DNA of 64,000 nucleotides, from positions 3,873,751 through 3,937,750 of the forward strand of contig OZ037773.1 of assembly GCA_964035545.1 (NCBI GenBank), read 5' to 3'. Below the pieces are notes generated by a model. The model saw only the letters and a program-made list of their open reading frames with translations, made no database searches and was not told the DNA's origin. Shown here one piece after another: positions 10,801 through 22,317 of the stretch; positions within the stretch are counted from its first letter, which is position 1, and every line of letters begins with the position of its first letter. Made by a program: the position numbers and the translations under genes. Origin of the DNA: Bugula neritina (lineage: Eukaryota > Animalia > Bryozoa).

Positions 10801-13800
10801 TGCTCGACACTGAACTTTAATTAGGAGCTTATCTATTAATCTTTTGCATAACCGTGTTTACAGGCTCTACATTCAATATATTATAGAATTGAGAGAGGAA
10901 AACTCCAGAAGACCAGACATTCCAGAATACTCCTGGAGGTTTATGCCTTACAACTTGTATTCATAAACTTCTATTCTTAAGTATTATTGAAGTCAAAAGT
11001 TGTTTCATGATAATTGTATCTCACCTTGCTTGACCACCTTTTTGGGATTCCTGAAGACAAACCGATCGAGAAACTTCTGCAGACTGAAATCTGCCATCGG
11101 GTCCCCTTTGTATGTGATGGACTCCGAGTTCAACAGTTGATTAGCGAACACAGCTACAGAAGGGTGGTAGTGGTTCGCTAGTGCAACCAGCTCTGTCTCA
11201 ATGCATTTATCTGCATGACAGTACAGAGGGTTTCTTGCCAGACTGTCATATTTGTCTACAAAATGATCCGGGAACTCCACAATTGACATTAACTCAAAAT
11301 TTATCATAGCCGCACAGCATTGTTTGAAAAAAAAAATGGTAAGCCAGCAATCCGAGCTATTTCTTAATCAATTCAACCAACATGAGTGAATTTTGTACAC
11401 TTTGAAAGATTATTTCTGAAACTTCAAGATGCCAATAGAATGAGAAAACGCTTTCAACAACACACAGGGCAAAGATAGTGTAATATAAACACAGGATAGT
11501 CTGGTACCTGATTTACTAGAGGCGTGTGTCCATCCTTTGCTGTTGCCGCCATCTTTGTTTAGAGAGAACTTACTGTCAGCTTCATCTGTGTCAGAGTCAG
11601 CATCTACAAAGTGTTCTTCTTCACTTTCCTCATCTGCCTGGTACAGGAGAGACAATTATTCGTAAGACATCAGTTACTAGCATACTCACTACTCACTATT
11701 ATACTCACTAGCATACTCACTACTCACTATTATACTCACTAGAGTAACTAATACTCACTAGTATACTAGGGCAGGGCATCCAGCCTACATTTATGTGGCC
11801 CTCAGAGGCATAGAGCTAAAATTACTTTTTCACACGTATACATGTATTAAAGAGAAAAACCACCTTTTAAATGTATTATTTATACACATAAGACAAAACA
11901 TGCAACATGCAGTAACTATTGAGACTTAATTGTGTAATTATTCATAAACTTTTGGAATAAAGTAGTTAGAAAAATGCTAATGCTGTGGCCCCTAGCTTAA
12001 ACTAAAGTTTACAATGTGGCCCTCGCCACCAGAATATTTCCTTTCAGTGACACACGGTCTGAAAAGGTGGGACACCCCTGTACTAGAGTGACTACTACTC
12101 ACTAGTATACTGGATGAACTAATACTAGTATACTAGAGTGACTAATACTCACTAGAGTGACTAATACTCACTGGTATACTCACTAGAGTAACTAATACTC
12201 ACCGGTATACTCACTAGAGTAACTAATACTCACTAGTATACTAGATGAACTAATACTAGTATACTAGAGTGACTAATACTCACTAGAGTGACTAATACTA
12301 GTATACTAGAGTGACTAATACTCACTAGAGTAACTAATACTCACCAGTACACTGGATTTGAGGGATATAAGTGAGGGTTTGAGTTTGACTATCTCTGATA
12401 TTGTGATGAGAGTTGAACAGACAAAAGTGGGCGACTGGTGGGCACAGATCTGCAACAGTCTCTTCACAAATGCCTACAAACATCAACAAGGAAATATTAA
12501 TAAAATAAAATATTCTAAATAATAAGAAAAAATCTACAGATACAGCCAGGAGCACATAATGTTGGTAAGTAATCATTATTATCCTTTCACTGCTCTACAT
12601 TGCTTTTTAGTAAGAAATGCAACTGCATGTTATCTTGAGAGAATATCAAAAGAGCAATGCTTATCTCCGGAATTATTGGCTTTACACATGGATGTGTTTG
12701 TTGAGAGAATAATTCACATCGCACGATTTGTTGAAAAAAATCTTTCCCCTTGCACCACTATAATAACTCGCGGTATTCGCTACAAATTCCAGCCACTTTG
12801 CACATCCTGTCACTGACTCAACTCACCTTGCATCGCCTGTCACTGGGATCAGACTTCATACTCTTATAGACAAGGTGCAGAAACATGGCCTGTTTAGAGG
12901 AGCTTTTCAACTCTGGATCAAGAAGCTTTGCGTAGAGGGACGTGTAGAACCTGTCCGTCATGCTGTCACTGCGAGATTGTATCACAGATTATATATTATT
13001 ATAGACTGTGTGAGACTATATTATATACAATACGAGATTATACTATATACAATATGAGACTACATTATATACAATTAGTGACTATATTATATACAGTACG
13101 AGACTATATTACAAGCAAGGCCTCCACAACATGCCTGTGATCCATGTATGCTGTGTGAATTGTCTACAGTGACAGCTGATATTACCTAATTCGAGGCAAC
13201 TAACATGGGTTGGCTTTTTATACATAACTTTTGGCTTTTTGGCTTTTTGTAAAGCCCTAGCCAACACAGTGCTAAGAAAGGTAACTAACAGTTGCAATAC
13301 TTGCTGAAACATTTGTACTGTAAGTTGTTGTGATAACCAATTTCAATTTGCTAGAGTGAACACTTTATCAAAGAAAAGGGGACAATTTAACCCGGGAGAA
13401 CCATTCAGCAACTTCCAACACACCATGCTTATAGATGATACACACAGTTGACATGTGCCATACAGTGCTGACACGTGCCACGCAGTGCTGACACGTGCCA
13501 CACAGTCCTGACACATGCCACGCAATACCGACACGTGCCACACAGTGCTGACAAGTGCCACACAGTGCTGACAGGTGACACACAGTGCTCACATGTGACA
13601 CACACAGCGCTCACATGTGACACACACAGCGCTAATATATACCTTGTAGAGCAGACTTGATAGAGCAGCATGAGAGCTTGCAGACTAACTGAGAACTTAT
13701 TCACAGTGTGCACCAGTTTATATATAGCGTTGATCTGCTCATCCAGATTCAGCTTTTTCGAATCTACAGAAATAAGAGATTTCAACATGTTTAATAAAAA

Positions 13801-16800
13801 AGAGAAATGCATATGCACTCTACCAGATATTGTATTCTTAAACATACTATCAATGAATGAGAAAAGTAGAAACCACAGATATATAAGAAGGTCATCATGT
13901 AAATATCTTAGCGTCATCAACACATATCAGCCAAATGCTAAGCGCCATGTTGAAGACACTTTTTTCAGAATGATATTATCAAAGGTTTTAGCATGAAACA
14001 GAAATGCTGGGCAAAAGACAAAGTTGGAGAACAGAAATAAGTTTACTTTACAATCAAACACTAAAGAGAACAAACATTACCTTTAGCAAATGGGAATGCC
14101 CGGACCACACCCACTAACAATGCGCTCATCATTTTAGAGTCAACTTCCTGTGACTTAACAGTCGCCTGCAACACGTCAAAAACATACGATACGGCCATTT
14201 GAACGACAAAAGGAAAACTGGTCTATTTGTATAGTATAGTGCACAAGTAAAAAGTCTACATGCATGTGTTCAAGTGCGTTGAACTCGCAAACATTCCAAG
14301 AATGAACCACTTTAAGCAGGATGATTGTCTAAAATTAACATTACTCTGTGTATGTGTAAGTGTGTAGGTTTGTGTGACACTTACCTTAAAGAAACTGAAG
14401 TAAATGGTGATGAGTTTAACAGCGAGCTCTTGGTCGTTTTCACTAAGTATCATCTGATTGAGGAAGCATATGGAATAGTACCTGTTAGAGATCAATAAGC
14501 AATAATAATTAATTCTCATCTCTATAATGGCTATTAGGACATTATAGAGATGAACACAATCCGCCGACCTATATAAAAAACTAAATACAGCTTGCTTGAG
14601 ATGAGTGCAGATAGCAACAGACTTCTGCAGAAAATAAAAGGTAACAGTAGATAGCTAGCAATAGTACTAAGAAAGTAGAGTAACTACAAATTATACAATG
14701 TAATTTTAAATGTAATCTGCAAGTGATGAAAGCTTGTTTGTGATTATATAAGTGATGAGGTAATGATAGAGGCTGTATAACAGACATAGTAGCACTCACT
14801 GAGCCTTTTTTGAGATGTTGGGTCGGTACAGGATGTTCATCACCTCAGACACCACAACCATTTTCATATTTGGGTGTTTCTTGACTGCAACACAATACAG
14901 CACAGATCTTGTGAAAAGGTGTTTGCTGTTACTGGCTGAATATGAACGTAGATGTTGCATTATGTTTCACAGCAAGCCATACGCCACTACTTAATAGAAA
15001 ATACTCTAACCTCCGTGAAACTCTACATCACAAACTCTTTAAAAAGATATTGTGATTAAAAGAACACAGCTCTGTGCACGTGCATGCTGTGTGTTTTACA
15101 AAGATTGGCAAACTAAATGTATGATGGATACTCTGGAGAATGCCAAATGAAAGAAGGTGAAATGCTTACCCAAGCAGCTGAGCAGGTGGGCAACATTAGC
15201 AGCTATCTTCCTTTCCGGGTCTCCCAGCTTATTCACCAGACCGGGAAGCAGCTTCTGCTCCAGCTCTGGTTTAGATGAGAGTAGATCCAGTACAACCTGG
15301 TGAGGGACAGAGTGAACAGATAGTAAAATACATACAGGGAAACACAACTCTCGACTACAATACTATGCCGGAAAGGAAAAGGCCCCGCCTACCTTGAGAG
15401 CAGCCTGCTTGTGGGCGGAGACACTATCAAAGGTAGCGGCAAGCACCGCCTCCACAAACAGCGAGTATACAGCTTTCAGACGAGCCTCAAAGTGCCAAAG
15501 AGCGAGAATTCTGTCTTGAGTGTCTTTGTTGCCGCTCGAGTGATGCTGAAGGGTTTCCAGGGGCATCTGTGGAGCAACAGGAAATAGGTCGATAAACAGG
15601 TCGCATATAACGGCTTAAATATCAAGTTAGTGAAAATTAGTTGCATGAAACAATGTAAGATTCTGCCATAACTGAGTTTTGTGTGGGATCATAGCGCTGC
15701 ATTCTCAAATTATTTCTCCGTGAAAATAAAAAACAGGTTGTCATTCACCTGATGGAAAGCACGGAGTTTTCTCTTGTTGGGTAACAGATCCAGAAACACG
15801 TCCTTTAGGGGACCTGAAAGACAAACTAACTAGTAATATACATTGTATTGTATTGCAGTAGCTGTGTTGATATAATAACAAACTAACCAGTAATATACAC
15901 TGCATTGTATTGCAGTAGCTGTGTTGATGTTATAACGAAGCAGCATTACAAAGTATTTCCTGAACTAAACAACCAATGACATGCGTGTTGAAAAGAGAAC
16001 AGCCAATGCAGCAGAAGAAAGTGAAGTAGACAGCCGGTAACATGGCAGAGAACAAAGTTACTGACAGGATATATACACAAATACTGACCAATAGCGGTCA
16101 TGCTCTCTCTGCGGCCCTTCTTCTTCACCATACTGACTAGAGACTCTAGACTGGAGAGGTTGTGCACCACGTCTTCCTGCACGAGGGTGGTCAGGGCGGC
16201 TGCCCTGTCCGCTAAAGTACCACTTGACACCATCCTCTTCCGCCACTCAACGTCTGACTTACTGGCCCCAGTGATGTCTACAAGTAATAAGAGTTTAGGT
16301 CATAGACATAGACCTAAAGTAGATATAGAGTACAGGTTTAACAGAAGTATAGAGAGTAAGTATTACAAACAAGTGAACCTATTTCTACTTTTACGATACT
16401 ATCAAATGCTCATACATTCTACAATACAGATACAACATACACCCAAAGTGATAACACGACTCCAAACGCACTTTCTAATAGCACTACTATTAAAGGTTTT
16501 GTATACATTGTTGTGACTTACTGGAACTGTATATGCTGATGTCATCATTAAAAACTTGCTGAGCAAACCTTTCAATCTCTGATATTTGAGGGTGGGGTAG
16601 GCCAGAGTGCACCGGGCTGTCTTTACTCTCCAACTTCAAGAACACAGACTAGTATGAATTGAATTACATTATCACCATATTAGACATATTCAACTTTAAC
16701 AAAGATTGAATAACTACAAATATTGTGTATAGCTTTCACAATGATTTATACACAAGTTGAGCTTGTAAGTAGGGTTTGCAGTGTAAAATGCTACCACTGT

Positions 16801-19383
16801 AAGCCTATGCAGCGCATTGCTACCAGTGTATGTGACATATTGTCAACACTGTGTGTGGTATACTGTCAACACTGTGTGTGGCATATTGTCAACACTATGT
16901 GTGGTATATTGTCAACACTGTATGTGGTATATTGTCAACACTGCATGTGGTATATTGTCAACACTGTGTGTGGTATACTGTTAACACTGTGTGTGGTATA
17001 TTGTCAACACTGTGTGTGGCATATTGTCAACACTGTGTGTGGTATACTGTCAACGTTGTATGTGGTATATTGTCAACACTGTATAGCAGTATATTGTCAA
17101 CACTGTGTGTGGCATACTGTTAACACTGTGTGTAGTATATTGTCAACACTGTGTGTGGTATATTATCAACACTGTGTGTGGTATACTGTCAATATTGTGC
17201 GTGGTATACTGTCAACACTGCATGTGGTATACTGTCAACACTGCATGTGGTATATTGTCAACACTGTGTGTGGTATATTGTCAACACTGTGTGTGGCATA
17301 TTGTCAACACAGTATGTGGCATATTGTCAACACTGTATTGTGCACACCTGATCAAGCCTACATCCTACAGAGACTATAAACATACCTGAGCAAGCCATTT
17401 GCCGGGTTTAATGAGAGGATAACTTCTCTTTGAGTAACCAGTCTCAATATAAGCCAATAAGTTAGTTAAGTCAGCGACTCCACTGATTGGATCTCCAGGG
17501 TCAGCGCTGACTGGCTCTGGTGGTGTGGTGCTGGTCACCTCGTCATCCTGCACTGAAAACACCCATTTAGTCTTGAGAAACATAAAGTATACAAGACAGT
17601 TCATAGATGAAGTTATCAAACTGGTAGATGTACACACATTTAAATTTATTTTTGCTTTTCTTTTCCTTCTTTGAAGTAGTGGGTGCTTCGGCGGGGACAA
17701 ACTCTGACGTCAGGAGCTTTTTAGACTTTTCTTTCTTCTGCCTATTGAAGCAAAGAAGAGCCGTGAACAGCTGATTTGTCTAGACAATGAATTGTGCATG
17801 TTAAAATGATATTTTATAAAAAAAATCAAGTGACTTGTTCAGTACAATTGAGTATAACAACCGCATCTGCGACCAACAAATATATGAGCACAAGATCCCA
17901 TCTAGTGGGCAAAATTCTACACACAGAGGCCACATGTATATCTATATGGGTACATATCACTATGGGACCCAATAAACCTAGAAATACTATATACTACATA
18001 TATACTATATAAAAGGTATCCTTATGCGGTTGTGATAAGCAAATCATTAGTTCAACATATAATTGATATACTAGCTTTTAGTTTCTATATGAGTCATATA
18101 ATATATTACTCATACTGTTGATTATAAGATATTTATAGTCAGTCCAAAACGCTTACATTTTCATTACCTGTTTCAATACAAGAGCCAAACAATTACTAAA
18201 AATCTTACAAAAATGAAGGTGGAAATGCTTACGCAAAATCTGGTCTTTCTTTCCGAATACCCAAATTGGATATGAACTGAAGAATATCGTCCCTTTTGAT
18301 TGGCTCAGTATCATCATCCCCAAACTCAAGGTCTTCGACATCAGAGCCAATATCAACATCCAGTAAATCTAAATCTTTCTGAAAATTCCAAGACATACCC
18401 GAGATTACTTTATATAGATCAGGTCATAGAAAATTAAAAAAACTAATTGCCATTATCATTACATTACAATTATCGGAATTATTGATGAAAAAAATATGTT
18501 CAACATTAAAAATAAAACAGTGACAAGAAACAAATCTGCAAACTCAAATAAAAATTCAAGTTACAATAAGACAAATTCTAGGGGTATTCAAAATAGTAAC
18601 AAATCAATATGACAAAATGTTAAAAACCTAAAGGCTAGAGCAGACTAAAGGATTTTAAGGGAGATTAACCAGTCAAGCTAAAAATCAAATGTCAACACAT
18701 TTCTAAACTGAACAAAAATTATGCAATAATTTTCATTGAAAACACTGAGCACTAACTCTAAACCTACTACTCACTACTACAGGTACTATAAATAATAAAT
18801 GTCAGAATGTAGAAAGAACTCAGGAAAACTAAATCAAATTGTGAGCTAAACAAAACTCCAAGCAACATAAGTAAAAAGAAAATGCATAACTTAAACTAAT
18901 AAAGAATTATAATCTAAAGTAGAGATTGGAGGAAATTATAAAACTTTAACTAAAATGTAAGTGATATCTAATGCTGCATTGACAATATCAATAGAATATA
19001 AATATTGACTGCTTCCAATTTGCCTCAATTGAAAAATATCAGTTTTTATTTTAATATTACTAATATAATACCTTGCTTCCTCCCAACTGTAAAACGTGTT
19101 GAACAATTGCACCACGACTATCACCATGGACATCTTCATCTTGATCATCATGATGATCTTCAACTTGATCTCCATCTTCACCTTTCTCTTGTTCTACAGA
19201 ACTCTGCTGATTCTTGTTTGGCCGCAGCTTTTTACTGAGGTTTTCAGTCCCAGAGTAAGTTAATTTCGCACCAACACTGTTGATGTTACTGGTCAACCTT
19301 GTACTTTTAGTTTTGCTTTTAGAATTGTAATTTTTCTTCTTGGTTTTATTTTTAGCAGGTGCCGTAGCCGTATCCATCTTCAT
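7827..19383 (-). CDS. CEBPZ: CCAAT/enhancer-binding protein zeta (MAK21/NOC1 ribosome biogenesis factor), multi-exon
   Basis: Exons encode GTLADRAAALTTLVQED, KPELEQKLLPGLVNKLGDP, HPNMKMVVVSEV, YYSICFLNQMIL, RNPLYCHAD..HYHPSVAVFA..YKGDPMADFSLQKFLDRFVFRNPK, an acidic C-terminal region, GSVFAAAEEFADLL and terminal ARQLAWEDKQERW..KRRRK*. ATG at 19383, stop at 7829-7827. Not every internal boundary was resolved. Confidence 0.93.
8076..8276. repeat. 27-bp minisatellite in the last CEBPZ intron
   Basis: Unit aggaaatgctgtatctactgat(a/g)aaac, about 7 copies. Confidence 0.95.
9521..9620. repeat. 23-bp minisatellite
   Basis: Unit gttatagagggagtggctagtga, about 4 copies. Confidence 0.9.
11676..12344. 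repeat. ~19-bp minisatellite containing the splice-donor motif, interrupted by a MITE
   Basis: Unit actagagt(g/a)actaatactc reads gtgagtattagt... on the sense (minus) strand and starts at the real donor at 12344. Confidence 0.85.
11772..12080. mobile_element. hAT-type MITE
   Basis: Imperfect TIRs cagggcatccagcct / aggtgggacacccctg; 8-bp TSD tactaggg/tactagag (1 mismatch); internal tgtggccc repeats. Confidence 0.75.
12990..13110. repeat. ~22-bp minisatellite
   Basis: Unit agactatattatatacaatacg, about 5 degenerate copies. Confidence 0.8.
13441..13630. repeat. 20-bp minisatellite
   Basis: Unit cacagtgctgacacgtgcca, about 9 copies, next to a CEBPZ splice donor. Confidence 0.9.
16836..17336. 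repeat. 23-bp minisatellite
   Basis: Unit attgtcaacactgtgtgtggtat, about 21 copies; source of the Cys/Val-rich spurious ORFs. Confidence 0.95.
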
Positions 19384-20321
19384 TGATATTATAATTATAT
19401 TTATATTATTAAATAAATATTAATTATTCGATGTTGACTGTAGTCGTAGAGTGTAGTGCTAGTGTTGAGTCCTATGGTAGTACTAGTTGCGAATTTTATT
19501 ATATTGGTAAAAGATTTTACGGTACCTGCCTTTGAGGTTTGAAGTTGAATCTACCAGATCGACTTCTAGCAGAAAATCAAAATGATATTTAAAGCTGTGC
19601 AATTGGCTTCAAGTTTAGTAAGGTTTACGGGCATGGTGGTAATGATTATAATTAATATTGGTAAAACTCATGCTTGACGAGGAGATACTAACCGCCTTTC
19701 AGAATGTTTGCCAATGTTCTCTTACGACTTACTGTTTACAGTATGAGTATTCGCTCATCGGATAAAACGCATAGTCATACGGTATAAAAAGTATTCACAT
19801 CAATGATTACCATACACTTGGTGATGCAGTTGCAAAAACACTTTGTTTATGTAAAAAGACGTGTTATTTTCAAATTTTCAATTAGTTTGCTGTATATTCC
19901 AAATTTACCTAGGTAAACTTTAGAGCTCTTACTCATTTGTCCCACGTGGACTAGTTATTTTCAAGGCTTAATAACTTACTATCCTCAACATGTTTTCGCC
20001 CTTAAGTTTACCTTGACAATTTACATAGCCGAGTAAGAATCACCCGCACTGAGGTATTGTCTATACATATTCAACTACGTAAATGCGTGCTGTTCTTTAT
20101 AAGAGACTATCGTATCAAATAGCCTTTGTTTTCAGTTCAGCAACTTATACAAGCAAAACAAAAACAATTTCTACTACCTATTTAGGCAATTATTGACTTG
20201 ACTTTGGGCCTAAGACTGAGGATAACAAAGTTTTATTGAAGTCCAGCGGTACTACGAAACAGTTATCTCTACTACTTTTAGTTTTAGAAACAGTTACATT
20301 AAAAAACGTACAAAAACCAAC

Positions 20322-21865
20322 ATGACAAGCAAAGTTAAAACAGAATGGGACAGAAACACGAAAAATATGGGATTTTTCTCATATTGGTATTATCAATATT
20401 TGGTAACTACCGCTCTATATATGCTGGAACCTTGGGAGAGAAATTTGTTCCGTATCCTTTCACTTTAACTGTTCACTTTCAGTTCCTTCAAGTTTAAGTT
20501 AAAGTTTCAATTACTGAGTTGGGCCTTGGATTTCAATTGCTTTCACTTTTTACAACTTTCTTGTTAGTTTTTGCTGTTATTGACTCTAACTCTAAGGCCA
20601 GGAAGCAAACTCATACTTAGTTTTACTTTTGCTCTGATTTTAGTTATCAGTGACTGTGAGCTTCAAGTTCATGTCTTATACTTATAGTAAATATAATACT
20701 CTTTAGTAAAAGTTATCATTATACTAATAGTAATAGTAATACTTATTACTTATAATTAATCTTAGTAATATTTATACTTATTAGTTCGTTTTTATTTTAC
20801 TCCCGTAATTTGAAGCTTAGACTTTCACTTTAGGCTTAAACCTGAAGTTACGCCTACGCTTACTCATACTGATATTGGTACTCATGCTCAGAGTTATAAC
20901 ACGAGTCATGCTATTAGTTTAAATTGAAATTTGAAAGTTTCTTGTTAAGATGGAATTTAAAATTTAAATTATAGTATCAGTATCAGACTCAGTGTGAGTA
21001 TGGCTAGGGTGAAGTTTAAAACTGAAAGTAAAGTAAAGAAAAAGTGAAAGTTGATAAATAGCGTTTCTATGTTGTAGTACTAATATTATTAGTCAGTAAT
21101 GATCACGATTTCAGATAATGGTGTAGTGAGTAATCATTACTATCAAAATGTGATTCATGTAGTTTAAATACATTGGATATTGATACTCTTGTTTCCAGTA
21201 TTTTGATATATCAATTTGACAACTTACTTTGTAAATATTCGAACACTATAGTAATATTACTTACTGTGTGTAACTGTGTATGACTATTCTCCTTGATTGT
21301 ACAGATTGCTGATTGCCATACCGTAGTCATTGTAATGGTAGTTATAGTTGTCACTCATTGTGAACTTTCTGTTGTCTATATTAGTTTAAGTAATAATGAC
21401 ACACTAAATAACCAGATTACAATAGCAAGTTCATTTTTTGAACAGTTAGTTTTAGTATTACTATGAGTATTAATAATTTAAAATCATAAATAGATAACTT
21501 GTTGTATATGAAATACGGTTATTAGAAGAATAATTAAAATAATATAGCAATTTGTGCTAAAAGTAGCTGAATATGCCTTTTTTTTACTGTAAAAGTTATA
21601 TGGTATTGATTTGTGTTTTAAACATTCAGTAAGTTGAGCTCGCGTTACTTGAAAGTAGATGTGCAACATGTTAATATTTGTCTGCTGCAGGCAATTATTT
21701 TTCTTAACGATGATTGTAACAGATTCTATCCTAGGTCTCTTTTCCGCCATGATGTTCTACAGCGCATATGTTTACCTCCCATACCATTCGATCTTGGTAT
21801 ATAATGCAGTCACTGAACTCTTTACTGGCATTTTTAACATGATAAATGGCGGAGACACATCCTGA
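20322..21865 (+). CDS. SPTSSA: Serine palmitoyltransferase small subunit (SPTSSA/B family), 90 aa, 2 coding exons
   Basis: Exons 20322-20451 and 21723-21865 give MTSKVKTEWDRNTKNMGFFSYWYYQYLVTTALYMLEPWERNLF/HSILGLFSAMMFYSAYVYLPYHSILVYNAVTELFTGIFNMINGGDTS*. The family motifs YYQY..TALYMLEPWER and Y..YV.LP.H are present. SPTSSA versus SPTSSB cannot be decided. Confidence 0.93.
20452..21722 (+). other. U12-type (minor spliceosome) GT-AG intron
   Basis: 5' site GTATCCTTT; branch point TTCTTAACG about 13 nt upstream of the AG; no polypyrimidine tract between them; splicing restores the frame. Confidence 0.9.
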
Positions 21866-22287
21866 GGGTAATCGCTCAATCCCATATCCATTTTATTACC
21901 CTCCACAACAGAGCGTTCATGTTTTCATCTCAAATATAGAGCAAACTTTAGACCCTCTCTTTTTATTTTCAGGCTCAGATGCTTTATAGTTGTTTTATTT
22001 TTATTTCAATTGATGATACAATTTTCACTATATAGCTATATATATTTATTATCAATTTAAACAGCTGTACAATTTCACTGTTGATGGAAATGCAATCAAA
22101 TTGATCAAATTTCTATGATCAAATTTATATCGTGGTAATGCTTTTACCCATGTTTTGATAAATATTTTATAAAAATAAATTAATACTCTGATAATCTTTT
22201 TTAAAAATATTGGTATCCAATGTTAATATTATGCTCTAGTTTTGGCAGTTGTCCAGTTCCTCACTTGAATACTTGTTGTAATTTGTG

Positions 22288-22301
22288 GCGCCACCTTGTG
22301 G
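22288..22301 (-). promoter_or_regulatory. CTCF-like motif
   Basis: CCACAAGGTGGCGC on the minus strand, a near match to the CCASYAGRKGGCRS core. Confidence 0.4.
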
Positions 22302-22317
22302 TGGCTTGATTCTATGA

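Noticed and set aside
16723-17389. Cys-rich ORFs resembling metal-binding repeats, or a CRISPR-like array
   Set aside because: A 23-bp tandem repeat with no unique spacers, antisense within a CEBPZ intron, in a eukaryotic context.
18015-18025. Other GTATCCTT/ATATCCTT strings (also near 24065 and 63247) as U12 donors
   Set aside because: They are on the opposite strand to the host genes and have no adjacent exon.
19582-19680. ATG-initiated short ORF (MIFKAVQLASSL) upstream of SPTSS
   Set aside because: Could be a 5' UTR exon or uORF, but it could not be tied to the SPTSS reading frame with confidence.
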